DNA from: Epiperipatus broadwayi
Lineage: Eukaryota; Animalia; Onychophora
Reading direction: 5' to 3'
Length of the DNA: 64,000 nucleotides
NCBI GenBank assembly: GCA_028023455.1
Contig: JAQFVV010000005.1
Span: 8,680,001 to 8,744,000, forward strand
Position numbers and translations under genes: made by a program. The notes below the pieces were generated by a model that saw only the letters and a list, made by a program, of their open reading frames with translations, had not been told where the DNA came from and did not search any database. This document shows positions 36,723 to 50,903 of the stretch, piece by piece. How positions within the stretch are numbered: position 1 is the first letter of the stretch; each line of letters starts with the position of its first letter.

Positions 36723-39669
36723 TCAACCATTATCAATCCACTGCAGGATGAAGGTCTCCAAGTTTAATCCATCTTCTCGATCTTTAGCTTCTCTTTTCCA
36801 CAACATACCTGCACATTTTCTTATTTCGTCCATCTATCTCACATATGGTCTTTTTATGGGTCTTTTACAATCTCCTGGAATCCAGTTTAAAATTTCAATT
36901 GTCCATCTATTATCATTTCTTCCAGCAATATGTCCAGCCCAACTCCATTTCAATCTTAATTTTTTCAATAAGGTCAGTAACACCTGTTTGTTGTCTTACC
37001 CATACATAGTGTTTTCGATCTCTTGTTACTCCCAACATACATCTCTCCATACTCCTTTGAGTGGTCTGAAGTCTCTGTATTGCTCTTCTATTAAGTGTCC
37101 AAGTCTCAGATCCATAAGTAAGAACTGGTAAAACACATTTGTTAAAAACCATTCTTTTCAAACACATAGGCATATTTCCTTTTAGTATCAAGTTATTTCT
37201 ACCAAAAGCATTCCAACCAAGTTTAATTCTATGATTAATTTCCTCCATTATGTTTCCATCTGTATTAATCTGACCAAGGTATTTGTAACTGTTAACTGCT
37301 TCTAATTCTTCATAATCAATCTTTATTTTCATATTTTGAGCAAATTGATTAAACATTCCTTTAGTCTTTTTAACATTTATCTTTAGTCCTACTTTCATCT
37401 GCTAACTCCTGCAAGATTTCCTGCAGCTCTGAAGCATTATTTGCAAAAACAACTACATCATCTGCAAAATCTAAATGACTTAAATACTCTCCATTTACTT
37501 TCATTCCTTTAGTTTCCCATTTTAATCCACAAAATACTTCTTGCAGCACTGCTGTAAAAAGTTTTGGAGATATAGTCACCTTGTCTTACATCTTTCTCAA
37601 TGTTGATTTTTCCAGTATCATTATGTAACCTAATTGTTGCTGTTGCATTTTTATAAATATTCTTTAAAATATGACAATATCCTGGATCTATACCTTGATG
37701 ATCCAATGCTTTAATCACTGAAGAAATGTGTATAGAATCAAATGCCTTTTCATAATCTACAAATCCAAAACATAATGACAACTCATATTCATTTGTCCTT
37801 TCTATGACTTCTCTCAATACCTGGATATGATCTATTGTACTAAAACCACTTTTAAATCCAGCTTGTTCTTTTGGTTGGTGGAAATCCAAATTTCTCTGTA
37901 GACGAGTTGTAATTTTCTTGGTAAAAATTTTATATAAAACTTATAAAAGGCTGATAGATCTGTAATTTCTAATATCTTCTTTATCACCTTTTTTAAATAT
38001 TAATATTATTACTGCATTCTTCCAATCTTCCGGTACATCTTTATCATTTAGACATTTGGTGCTAAAATTGTTTCTGTTTCTTCACCTGCTTCTTTTAATA
38101 TATCAATTATAATTCCATCATTTCCTGGAGCCTTTCCTTTCTTCATACATTTAATTGCATGTCTCACTTCATTTAAAATTCTGGGCAATTTGGAAGATGT
38201 AATAGATATAGGAGGTACTTGTTCTTTATTACTATATAATTCTTGATAAAAATCTACCAATTTCATGATGTCATCTCTCTTTTTAGTAATAATTCCATCT
38301 TTTATTCTTATTGCAGATATAAATTTCCTACCAATACCAAAATGTTGTTTAACATTCTTGAGACTTTTATTTTCTTCTACAGCTTTCCTTGCTTTTTCAC
38401 AGTTATACTTTCTTATATCATTTTCAACTCTTTTCCGTACCATTTTACAAAATTCGAGATATTCATTTTAATACATCATTTTTGTATATCTTCATATTCC
38501 TTCTTCATAAATTCTCTAGTCTCAGTAGAAATTTTATTAGTCAATTGCTGCTTTTTTCTACCAGCTATCTTTGTTGCAGTTTTTAAAAGTGTATCAGTTA
38601 TTTTCATATTAATTTCATTCAAATCTGAATCATGTTCAAAATCTCCTAACACTTGAAACCTATTTGTAAGTTCTAATTTAAATTCATTAGAATGTTTCTG
38701 AAGATTAGGAATATCAACTGTAAATATCGTTTTTCTTAATAATTTTTGTCTCTCTAGTTTTACATTAACACGTAACTTACACCTTACTAATCGATGATCA
38801 CTTGCTGTGTTAAATTTATTAAGAACATTACAATCTTGAAATATGTATTTCCTGTTAGTCAAAATATAATCCAATTCTGCTGTACCTTCATTTGGATGCT
38901 TCCATGTCCATTTCCTTCTAACATTTTTCTCAAAAAATGAATTCATAATATAAAGTTTTTCTTTTTCTGCAAACTCCAGAAGTCTATGTCCTCTCTCATT
39001 TCTATTACCATAACCAAAATTACCTACAGCAATTTCATCTTTCATTTGTCTACCAATTCTAGCATTAAAATTAAAGTCTCCCATAACAATTTTAAAATGT
39101 TTACTCTGATCAAAAGCCTTTTGTACATCCATATAAAAATCTTTTACTACTTCATCACTATGAGAACTTGTTGGGGCATAAACCTGAATTATCTGCATTT
39201 GGTATCTGCTATTAAGTTGTATAACTAATCTTGCCACTCTGTCCGATACACCATCAATCTCCACAATATTGTTCTTCCACTTTTTATTTATAATGAATCC
39301 TACTCCACTTGTATTTCCAATATGTGTGCCTTTATAATAGAGTATATGTCCACTTTTTAAATCAATTGTTTCTTCTTTTTTTCTAACTTCACAAAGTCCA
39401 ATAATGTCCCATTTAATATAAGACAGTTCTTCTTCTAATTCTTGCAATCTTCCTTCACTTGAAAGTGATCTGCAGTTGTAAATACCTAAATAAAAAGTTG
39501 TCATCAAATGGCAGCCTGGGTCCGCAATCTGGATTCTTAGCACCTTCGGCCACCAACTGCTGCCTTGGTTGGTGACTTTACAGCCTCCTGAGAATAAGGG
39601 CCATGCTTTATTTTTTCTGTCATAATTGTATATATGTATTGGAAAAATATCATTTACACAAACATTCAT
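36723..39669 (-). pseudogene. RTE ORF (APE endonuclease + RT), frameshifted
   Basis: YNCRSL, GLCEVR, VYAPTS, GDFN, LDYIL, SDHR; QAGFKSG, FVDYEKAFDS, VRQGD, FADD; ends ...FILQWIDNG*. Confidence 0.93.
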
Positions 39670-39778
39670 TCTGCCTTATCAGGCACTGAGAAGAAAGACC
39701 ATGGTGTTTCTTGATCTTAAACTCAGAGGTAAAAAGCCAATAAATTCACCACGCTGGCTAATGCGTGTTGGTGAGCAG

Positions 39779-39945
39779 CCCATCCATGTTCATATACTAT
39801 ATGAATAATCACATAGTAATAACAGCTGCAACGACAAGAACGTATGGAGTGGACATTAGGAATTTGCCCTGCTCGGTTCCTTTAAGGCCTCCAAGAGGAA
39901 TCAAAGGGTCTCCTTTCAGTTAATAGCAAACTCCTTTCTGCAGCC
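39779..39945 (-). ncRNA. HDV/CPEB3-like ribozyme fold at the RTE 5' end; catalytic C position mutated to U
   Basis: P1 GGCTGCA/TGCAGCT (G1.U wobble); P3 ACG/CGT with L3 TTCTTGT; GT; P4 TACTAT/ATAGTA; J4/2 TGAA; P2 TCCACTCCAT/ATGGATGGG; J1/2 stem AGGAGTTTGC/GCAAATTCCT. Confidence 0.8.
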
Positions 39946-42921
39946 TTGTAATATATATAAATACATATATATGATGGCACTGTTAGTAATTAAAATATTG
40001 CTGGGTTTAAACCCTTGTAGATGTTAGTTATTTTTAGGTAGGAAAACATGAAGCTCACTCTGACTACAGAGTGATTGCTTCAATATATATATATTGTTAG
40101 CCATTTAGTTATATTGCTGCATAAAAATAAATGTATAATGCAACTGTATAATAATTGACAACATGCCCCTTAAATTTAGAATTATTTAATTTATGGGGAA
40201 ATATTGTTTAGTTTTGTCATATGTTTTTTATAATAGTAATAATGGGTAATTATTTAAATATATTTTTCTTTCCAAATGATAATACGAAAGTTGTAGGCAA
40301 TTTTTTTATAAATAATTTTGAAACATTTTTAGTAAAATGAATATTTTAATTTGTGATAAATGGTTGTAAAAGAAAGAGAAAAGTGTAAAATAAAGTTTTT
40401 TTATTCTCGTTAATTTATTTTTCATTTTTGATTTTAATGTTAAAAAATATTAAGAGAGAAAAAAAGATTTCTCTTCCCTAAGTATTCATAAATTTTAACT
40501 TGTAAGAGAGATAAATAAAGTTTTAAAACAAGGAAAAAAAGATTTTAACATGTTTTTATTAAATTTTTGTTTCAATTGATTAGAAATTTTTTTCTCTTAA
40601 TCTCTTCAATACAACCAGCAGTATTTACCAAATTGTATTAACTGGTTATTTTGTTTTTCTTTTGATATAAACAAAAAAATAACAAGATGAATTTCAAAAC
40701 TATAATTTTTTAATTAAAAGTGAAAAACAAATGCAAAGAATTGTTTTTTAGTTGTTTTGCGATAATAAAAAAGGAGGGAAATAACTGAATTGTTTTTGTA
40801 AAAATAGACCTAATTAGTTAGTAGTAAATTTGGTTATGCAGGAGACAGGATTGTGATAAAGGAGAGAAATAATAGGACGGTTTTGGGAAAATTGATCTAA
40901 TTAGTAGTAAATTGAGTCATAACGGATTGTGATCTGTGGGAGACAGGCTTGTTCCAAAAATAGGGGTTCAGGTAAATCATTAGGTCTTAGTATCTTGTAA
41001 GAAATCAGTTTTAACTAAGCTGTTTAAAAGGACAAAAGAGTCAATCAAGCTGTTGAAGAAGACAGTCAAGCCTGATCTAGTTTAATTGTAAAAATTGTTT
41101 TATAAAATGAAGACAAGCATATGCTAAGTTTAGCTAAAAGCTAAACATCATCTACCTCCATGTAGCCTGCTTCACTAAAAAAAATGTGAAAAGTAATCTT
41201 GAAATAATCTGCCATGAACCTTGTCTCCAATCAAGTTAAATGTTAGTCTGATCTGGAAAATTTTTTAGAAAGATGAATAAATTCTTGTTGTGTGTTAGCC
41301 TGAAATATTCTATTGCAAAATATAGAAAATTTGAATTTGCAAATTAGTTGAGAATTGAGAAGCCTTCTAGAAGAAACCCTACTCTAAAGAAGGATTAAAA
41401 AAACAATGAGTAAAAGTATTTTCTTTAATGTGCACATTATATTTAAATTTATAGATGTATTTTAAATTAAATAGCAATGGATATTAATTAATAACTTTAT
41501 TAGTATTTTTTTAAAATTGAAATCTGTTTTTTTAATTCATTTGATTTTTCTCTTCAAATTTATAAAATGGGTTTTATAAAATTTATTTTTTTATTAAATG
41601 TAAGATTTTCTTGTGAAACATGTTTTCCTTTTTATTCATTTGATTTTTTTCATCTAAAATTTAACAAATGCTTTTTTTTATTTGATTTAAAGAATATGAA
41701 AAAGTAGTTTTCCAATTTATGTTATTTAAAAGAAAATAATGAAAGCAAATAGTTAATTAATTTAATTAATAATACGCTGATGTGTTGTGATGAAACTTTT
41801 TTATGTAATAATTTGTAGGCTTTTATATATTCTAATTTGCAGACTTAGCACTTTCAGAGCCCTTGTTGCTCCATATTCATAGTTTTTTCAGATTGTTAGT
41901 TATATGCAAATGTATGCAAATTGCCTCCTATACCATTCATTTTTTAGAAATTGGTTAATTTTTGTTTGTTTTATGAAACTACTTTTTTATAAGAATGTAT
42001 AAATTTAAATAATGTCATTTAAAAATATTTTAATATTAATGTCTATTCTTCCAGCTAGCTGTTCCATGAATTGGCAGGGTGTGTGACTTGATTTCATTAC
42101 AGCTTAGTTTTTTAGGGATTTTTAAATTATCCTAATAGAGCTATTTAATTATTGTAAACTTGTAAATTATTTAAAATTATTTACAGTAAGCTGTTATATT
42201 TATTTATCATTTGTTCACAGTTACAGTTCATAGTCTGATGATCTTAAGCTAGCCCTAGGACATAATGATTTGTTCTATGGATGTAGGGATTTATTATAGT
42301 GTTTGAATTTCCATATATCTCTGGATGGCACAAAGATATCACTTTAAAGTCCATTCACTGAATTTTGTTTTTATCAGAAATTAAGTTTATAGTTGCAAGT
42401 ACACTAATGGTACTATGTGGCTAGATCATTGATTATGTCCTGTTTCAGTCTCTCGGCATTATTTTTATGAGTAATGAACTAGCACTTAAGTAGGCATCCA
42501 GTGTATTGTGCTATATTCTGCTCTGAGTTTGACAGTGCTAGATAAGAGCCTGTTTAGTGTACCTCTTAAATGCAAATCACAAGGCTGACTATTGATTACT
42601 GTTGATGATTGTGTATTTGATTTGCTAGTGTAATGCTGATTGTTATTGAGTTTATTATCTTATGTAATATGGGTAGTTTATTATTAGTAGTAGTATTATA
42701 ACTATAACTCTTCATATGTTTAGTCCATGCTGGCTCATTTGTACATATGTATATGCTCATTTATCCATAGATATTTATTCATTATATTTGATGAGTTATT
42801 AAATGGGGATACTGATGGGTTCCCATCTTCACATATTGAGCCTCATGCACCCCTTTTACTGTTTATACCATTACAATATATATATATACACCGCTAATGA
42901 GCAGCGCTCCATTAGAATTGT

Positions 42922-44697
42922 TGTAATATATATATATACACCGCTAATGAGCAGCGCTCCATTAGAATTGTTGTCTGCAATTATTAAGATAAATAAAAAG
43001 TGTACAATTATTAAAATAAAATCACTGCAGAGTATTTTATCAAGAAATGATTGAATTAAAAATATCTCATTGAAAGAAATAATCTATAAAAGTTTAAGGA
43101 GTTTCTGTGTATTATCACAGGTCACCAAAAGGCAAACATATTATAGTTTGAAATAATAATAGTAAAAAAAAGCAATTACAGAGGGGGGTTTACAAATTAA
43201 TTAAAGAGTAATTCAGGAGGAGTGGGAATTTAACAAATCTTTTACATGAAATTAAAAATACTCTCATTTAATTTAAAGAAGAAAAAAAGAAATCTTAAAA
43301 ACTAAAAGAAAAAAAATCTTTCCATTTTTTTTAAACATAAGATAGATATATGTGCTTAAATAATGAATTGATTGTAACATAAGGAAATAGTAAAATGTGT
43401 GCATGTTAAAAAAAAAAATGAAGAGTTAAATATTAAGAATAAATGAAAGCATATAATTAAAATTTCCCTCCAAGATTGCATATACTAATAAGCCACAAAA
43501 GAATGAAATTGGCAGTGGCTACTAATTAATATCCATAAGCAGCAGGATTAATTAAAAGGTATCTTAAGAATTTATTCAAAGCAGTGGATGAATTTAAAAA
43601 TTAATGAAAGAAATGACAAGGTCATCATATAAATAGGGCCAAAAATTTTATTAGTCATTTATACTCATATCTAGAGTCAGTCTGTAATACATAGTTTTAA
43701 AGACAATGCAATGTTAAGGCGAAAGTCTGAACATGTGGCCAGCTCCAGCCTCAGTCTGACAGAACATCAGTAGTAGCCCGATAGAAGCAATGCCTGTATA
43801 ATAATTTGAAGCTGCCAGGAATGTCTAACTACGTGAAATAGAAGCAGCATGGAATAGCAATCATTAGAACCTCAACAGAAGCCTAAAATCCAACCAGTTG
43901 GTAAAACACACATACAACAGCAACTAATTTGAAGTCCCCACATTCAAAAATCCTATAGGTAATAACATTTTTTATTCCAATTCTGATATTAATTTAAGTA
44001 GCCATTGCAATCTTTGAAGCCTCCCAGAATCAGTTTAATAAATGAACTCTATAACCACAAAATGAACTAATTATGTGCATGTTTGAATGCTTGTAATTAT
44101 TTTAATGCTTTATGTTATATTATATTATTATTGTATATCTTATTATAATATGTGTGTGCCTGAGATTATTATAAATCATTGTTTATATTTAATTAAAAAT
44201 TTATAGTTTATAAATTTTAGTAAGCATTTTAGTTAAAGTCAATTATCTTTAAAATTAATATTTTGTCGGTCAGTTCTTTACTCATATCACTAATTAAAGT
44301 AGCAATTTATTATATTATTTTTTTGATTGAGCTAGTTGGGATTTCTTAGGTGCTAAATTAGTTTGCCATCATTCAGGGCATGTTAGTTGCTTTTGTAATT
44401 AACTGGCACCTAAGTTTACTCTGAAACAAAAAAGTGCTTTTTGAATTTTACAGCTGAGAAGATCTGTAGCCTTGAAACTTAGTCATATATATCTTATATA
44501 TATAGCTCTGGCTTGGTTACAGGTACCCTCTGGTATTATCGAACTTATAAAGAATCGTATATGTTATATGTATAAGAAGTCAACAATGTCTTTATCTTAA
44601 AACTTGCTTTTTAAAAATAGCTTCTATTTCCACTAAAGATTAAAAAAATATTTATGTTAGATTTTGTTTTTCCTTTTCGATCTACTCCACCCGATCA
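42922..44697 (+). repeat. 5' LTR of Gypsy C
   Basis: TGTAAT...ATCA; aligns to 49125-50903; preceded by a 50-bp duplicate of its own start. Confidence 0.85.
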
Positions 44698-44699
44698 TT

Positions 44700-47600
44700 T
44701 GGTTTTTCCCAATGTGGAAGCAGAACCATCACATATGACAGTAATTAATCATATGTCATAGAATTAAAAATAAATGAAACTCAGTTAAATATTTTTTCTT
44801 GTTTGAAAATATTCAAAGAAATGCTAAATTGTATAATTGTATTTAAGAAAGTAGTATAATTAAAATTAAAGAATTGACCGAAACAAGTATTTTCTTTTAA
44901 ATGAAAAGAGAAAGTAAAGACAGTTGGATATTTTGGGCAGAGTTATGGTATTGAGGACAGATAGAGAAAAAAGGACAAGAGGTTGGAGGCAGTCGTATGT
45001 TCCATTTTAAGAAAATAAATAAACAGTTAATATGTTGAATTATATTTAAACGAGAGCATAGATAAATAGATATTGTGTTCAAATATTTTTTGAAAAATGG
45101 ATAAAGATATAGAACTGGAGAGATTAATAAAAAGATTAGATGCATTACAATGAGAACAGGAGAATATAAAAGCATGGGCGCATATACCTTAAATGGAGGC
45201 AGTAAATCAGCTGCCAAAAATAACATTTTCAGGGAAGAGAGGGGTGTATCCAAGTGAGCACTTAGAGAGTCTGGAATGCTATTGTATCTTGAATAGGTTA
45301 AGTGAGGGAACAAGAATTGCCCTAGCTTGCAGTCACTTATAGGGAAAAGCTCATCTCTGGTGGAACTCATTATGTTTAAAACAGCAACATTCGATGAATA
45401 CAATTGTCCACTGTTGGCAAATTATTGGGGGGAGGAGCTTCAGGAAAAGGTTAAGTTCCATTCAGAGCAAGACAGGTGGCAGTTGGGGGAATTAATCATT
45501 ACATTTTTTCATAGACAAGTAGCGAAATTTAGATCAATCACTGCATGCCCATTGTCAGAGCAACAGATTATGTATATAGGTAGGCATGGTTTACCTGGAG
45601 ATGTGGAACAAATAATTATTGGCACGCAGATGATGGAGCAGATGGCTGAAGTATTAATGGCACTGGACAAGAATAGGGAGGTGGAAGGTCAGGATGAGGT
45701 TGGAAATGCAGAAATTGATTGCATACAAGTAGCGAATTTGGTGTGTACTGGAGAAGAGAACATCAATAATGGCACTTCAGAGTTGTCCAAAGGTAGAGAT
45801 AAGAATAGTAGGGATTTAACTAGTGTGTTATTCGATTCGGGAAGTCAGGTATCGGTAATATCACAGGAAATGTTTAATAAAATAAATGACGTTAACCCAG
45901 AAATTAAAATATTGCCATTGAAATGGTATATGTTTTGCTGGCTAATGGTAAAAGGGCAAATCTGGCATCCAAGCAAGCATGGGTGAAAATACACATGGCA
46001 GAGGGAGAATATAGCCATGTATTATTGATTTTAGAGGGTCTGATTCACAAGGTCATATTAGGCTCAGACTTTATGTACAGAACAGGCTATATATTGGATT
46101 ATAAACAAGGTCAGGCAGAAATAAATAATGTAATAATTCCATATACAAAACACCTTAATGATGAAGTTAATAAAGAAGGTTGCCCACAAAGTGCAGGAAT
46201 GGAAATAGAGATAAGGGAAAAGGTGGATGAGTCAAGGTACATAAACAATAATCAAAGGGACCATTTGGAGAAGTTACTAAACCAATACGAGAGGGTGTTT
46301 TCTGAGATTCCCAGGGTGATCTAAGAGTATGAACATAGGATAAGGCTCATGAAAGATCAGCTATATCAAACCCGCAGATATCCTATATCACATCAATATA
46401 GGCATGAAGTAAAAGAATAGATGGAGAAAATGCTTAAATGGGGAATCATATCTAAATGTTCATCTTCCTTTAATAACCCCATCATAGCAGTAAAGAACCC
46501 AGCAATTAAATAAGATAATATCTCATATGAATGCTCCTCTGCCTATGAGCGAATTATCAAAATTTCAGAAAAAAAATATTTTCAACATTTAACTTAACTG
46601 CCAGCTATTGGCAAATTAAATTTCACCCAGAGGACATAATTTTAACCAAATTCCCTTCAGGCTTAAAAATAGCAGAGCACGGCTTATACAGTGTCTTGAT
46701 CACGTTATCTGACTATCAAAAGTTTAATAGTAATGTATGTAGACGATATTGTATTGGCATCCAAAACTATAGAGGAGCACTTCACACCTTTAGAGCATCT
46801 GTTGCATGAGTACAAACAAAAGGGAATAAAAATTAACTTAAATAAGAGTAATTTAATGGCTACTGAAGTAAATTTTTTAGGCCACATCATTAGTGAAAAG
46901 GGGATCTGACCAAATCCTGAGAAAATTCAGGCGATCCGGATTTTCTTAGACCTCGAAACAAAAGACATATAAAGTATTTTCTCGGATTATGCAATTTTTT
47001 ATAACCGTTTTTACAAAAAGTTTTTTTTTGATATGGAAACATTGCTGCAATTGCTAAAAAAGGAAAGACACTGGGCCTGGACTGAACACCATGAATGTAG
47101 CTTTCAAAATGTGAAGACAGGGTTTTTAGAAAAGGTTCTGTTGTCATACCCTGACTTTCAGAAACTGTTTTTTGTGCAAACAGTGGATTTCAATTGGGGG
47201 CTATGCTGTCTTAAATACAAGATAGGGGTCAGCATGGGGTCCTTTTCTTTATTAGCTGATTATTGAAGGGTCCTAAAATGAACTACACCTAACCGAGAAG
47301 GAGGCTTTGGCAATTGTGCGGGCATTTAAAAAATTTTGTCAGTATCTGATAGGGTCCAAGGTAATTGTAATTACTGACCACAAAAGCTTTGAGTTTCTAA
47401 ATCATAGCTTCCTTATGAACAACCGGTTAATAAGGTGGAGTTTGTTTCTTCAGGAGTTTAATTATAGTGTAAGATACTGCCAAGGTAAAGAAAATGTAGC
47501 AGACACTTTAAGCCAATACCCGGAGTACAGGAGCAAGGTCATTTAAATTGCGATGAAGAATACATCGCTGTTACAGAAATTGAAGAAGGCAATGAAACAG

Positions 47601-49110
47601 AAAATGACCTTCATAGGTTAAAAGAGCGGCAGAGTGAGGATGGCAATTGTAAGCAAATAATGATGTATTTACATCACCAGCATGTGATGAAAATGGGAAT
47701 TAATTCCATGTGGAGAGATGGGAAAGGCTACTGCTTAAAAGGGGGGCTGTTAGAACGTAAAGTGTGAAAGGATAAACAAAGGAGGATCATTATTCCGGTC
47801 ATGATGAGAAGAAATTAAACATACACCAAAAATATGGACACTATGGAGCAAGTAAAGTTGAGGGATGGTTGAGCCATTGTTTCTACTGGCCAGGAATGTA
47901 TGCCAGCATCTTAGATGTTATAAACGAGTGTCAAATGTGCTCCAAGACAAAATTACTTAATGCATCTGGGGTAGGGTCATTGAAACCCATTTATGCGCAA
48001 CAATCAAATAATTTATTAGCAATATACTTTTATGGACCTCTGCTCTCATTTAATGGAATGAAATACCTCATCATGGCTTATGATGTATTTTCAAAATTAG
48101 TGGCAGAATACCCTGTGGCTCAGGCAAATGCTAAGCAAACCATACAGGATTTAATGCAACAACGTTTCAGAATAGTAGGAACTCCAGATAAAATCTTGTC
48201 TGACCATGGGCCACCATTTATATCTGATGAATGGGAAAAATGAATGGTGAGACATTAGCAAACCATACAGGATTTAATGCAACAATGTTTCAGAATAGTA
48301 GGAACTCCAGATAAAATCTTGTCTGACCATGGGCCACCATTTATATCTGATGAATGGGAAAAATGGATGGAGAGACATGGAATAAAACATATGTCAATAC
48401 ACAACCTGCAGTCCAATCCACGTGAACAGGTCATGACGGAGTTGGGCATCTATTCCATGTATATATATATGATAATCACCAAAAATGGGTGAAAGAAATC
48501 CCGAGTATTCTTAATATGATAAACTGGTCAAAATATGAGTATAGGGTTTGAATCCATCCAGCTTCATTTTGGGAGAGATGTACCATATTCATTCAGGACC
48601 AGGCTGCCAGTAAAAGCAGACCCAATTGGTAGGAGGAAGGATGCTGAATGAGCCCATAGGCTAAAGAAGATGGGTGAATTAAGACAAAAGAGACAACGAA
48701 GGGGCAAGAATAGATTTAGAATTGGAACCAAGGCCATGATAAGAACCAACCCTGTAAGTCATCCTGAGAAATACATATACAAGAAGTTCCAACCGATTTA
48801 CGAAGGTCTGTATATAATAAAAAGAAAATACAGTGACAACACATTTGAGGTGACACAGGGCATGGAAGAGAGGGGAACATATAATGCCCGGTCATTAAAA
48901 TTGATAAAGAGGAAAAAGAAACTGCTGGACAGACAATTGACAGATCCAATAAAGGATCAGAACTGTAGGTCACAAAACAAAATAAGTTTTTCTGTAATAT
49001 GCGAAGGAAAGAACAAAAATAGAAGATAATAATAATTAATGATTATAGCAAATACTATTAAAAAAAGAAATTGGCAGAGGTAAAATAAGTCAAGAGACGC
49101 ATTTTACTCT
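44700..49110 (+). pseudogene. Gag-pol relic of Gypsy C
   Basis: VLFDSGSQVSVIS (PR); YVDD (RT); FLIGSKVIVITDHKS (RH); YWPGMY..C..C and ILSDHGPPF (INT); 123-bp tandem duplication at 48134-48379. Confidence 0.88.
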
Positions 49111-49124
49111 CAAATGGGGGGCAG

Positions 49125-50903
49125 TGTAATATATGTTTAATGAGCAGTGGTACATTAGAATTGTTGTCTGGAATTTTTGTGTGTATAAGGAAAGGTTGCC
49201 AAAAGGCAAACATCATTCATTCGTATAAGTTTTAATAGTTTGAAGTAATAATGGTAAAAAAAAAACAAATAGAGGGGGAATTAAACGGTCATCCATACAG
49301 TTTTACAAATTAATTAAAGAGTAATTCAGGGGAATTTGACAAATCTTTTACATGAAATTAAAAATACTTTCTTTTCATTTAATTTAAAGAAAAAAAAAGA
49401 AATCTTAAAAAGTAAAAAAAAAAAAAATCTCCATTTTTTTTAAACATAAGATAGATATGTGTGCTTAAATAACGAATTGATTGTAACATAAGGAAATATT
49501 AAAATGTGTGCATGTTAAAAAAAATAAATAATAAAAATGAAGTTAAATATTAAGAAAAAATGAAAGCATATAATTAAAATTTCCTCCAAGATTGCATATA
49601 TTAATAAGCTACAAAAGAATGAAATTAGCAATGGCTACTAATTAAAATCCATAAACAGCAGGATTAATTAAAAGGCATCTTAAGAATTTAATAAAAGCAG
49701 TGGATGAATTTAAACTAATTAAAGAAATGACAAGGTCATCATATAAATAGGACTGAAAATTTTGTCAGTCAGTCATACATATATAGAGTCAGTCATTCAT
49801 ATATTAGATCAAGTCATCTGTAATAAGTAGTTTTAAAGACAATGCAGGCCAAAAGTTGAAACATGTGGCCAGATCCAACCTTAGTCCGACAGAATATCAG
49901 CAGTAGCCTGATAGAAGCAATGCCTGTATAATAATTTGAAGCTGCCAGGAATGTCTAATTGCCTGAAATAGAAGTAGCATGGAATAGTAATCATTAGAAC
50001 CTCAACAGAAGCCTAAAATCCAACCGGTTGGTAAAACACACATACAGCAGTAAATAATTTGAAGCCACCACATTCAAAAATCCTATATGTAATAACATTT
50101 TTTATTCCAATTCTGATATTAATTTAAGTAGTCATTGCAATTTTTGAAGCCTCCCAGAGTTAGTTTAATAAATGAATTCTATAGCTGTATAGAATGAACT
50201 ATTTATGTGCATGTTTGAATGCTTGTAATTATTTTAATGCTTTATGTTAAATTATATTACTATTGTATATCTTATTATAATATGCGTGTGCCTGAGATTA
50301 TTATAAATCTTGTTTATATTTAATTAAAAATTTATAGTTAGATTACAAATTTTAGTAAGCATTTTAGTTAAAATAAATTATCTTTGAAAATATTTTGTTG
50401 GTCAGTTCTTTACTCATATCACTAATTAAAACAGCAATTTATTAAATTATTCTTTTGATTGAGCTAGTTGGGATTTATTATGTGCTGCATTAGTTTGCCA
50501 TCATTCAAGGCACGTTAGTTGCTTTTGTAATTAACTGGCACCTGAAGTTTACTCTGAAACAAAAAAGTGCTTTGAATGATAGGTGTTGAATTTTACAGCT
50601 GAGATTTGTGGCCTTGAAACTTAGTCATAGTTATATATCATATATAGCTCTGGCTTGGTCACAGGTACTCTCTGGGTACTATTCCTCTCTGACTAAGGGA
50701 CTCATGTGGAGCAATACTTAAATTGCATTGGAGTAGATCAAACTTATAATAAAGAATTGTATCATATGTTATATGTATAAGAAGTCAATAATGTGTTTAT
50801 CTTAAAACTTGCTTTTTAAAATAGCTTCTATTTTCACTAAAGAGTAAAAAATATTTATGTTAGATTTGTTTTTCCTATTCGATCTACTACCACACCTGGT
50901 TCA
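49125..50903 (+). repeat. 3' LTR of Gypsy C
   Basis: TGTAAT...TTCA immediately after the PPT. Confidence 0.85.

Larger units (their letters stand above)
36715..39945 (-). mobile_element. Full-length RTE-clade LINE with 11-bp TSD
   Basis: (GAT)n tail; 3' end GGAGACCTTCATCCTGCAGTGGATTGAT; TSD TTGTA(G/A)TATAT at 36704-36714 and 39946-39956. Confidence 0.93.
42922..50903 (+). mobile_element. Gypsy/Ty3 LTR retrotransposon C, two ~1.78-kb LTRs, degraded
   Basis: Colinear diverged LTRs; TGG 2 nt after the 5' LTR; PPT AAATGGGGGGCAG before the 3' LTR; (AT)n at both flanks. Confidence 0.92.
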
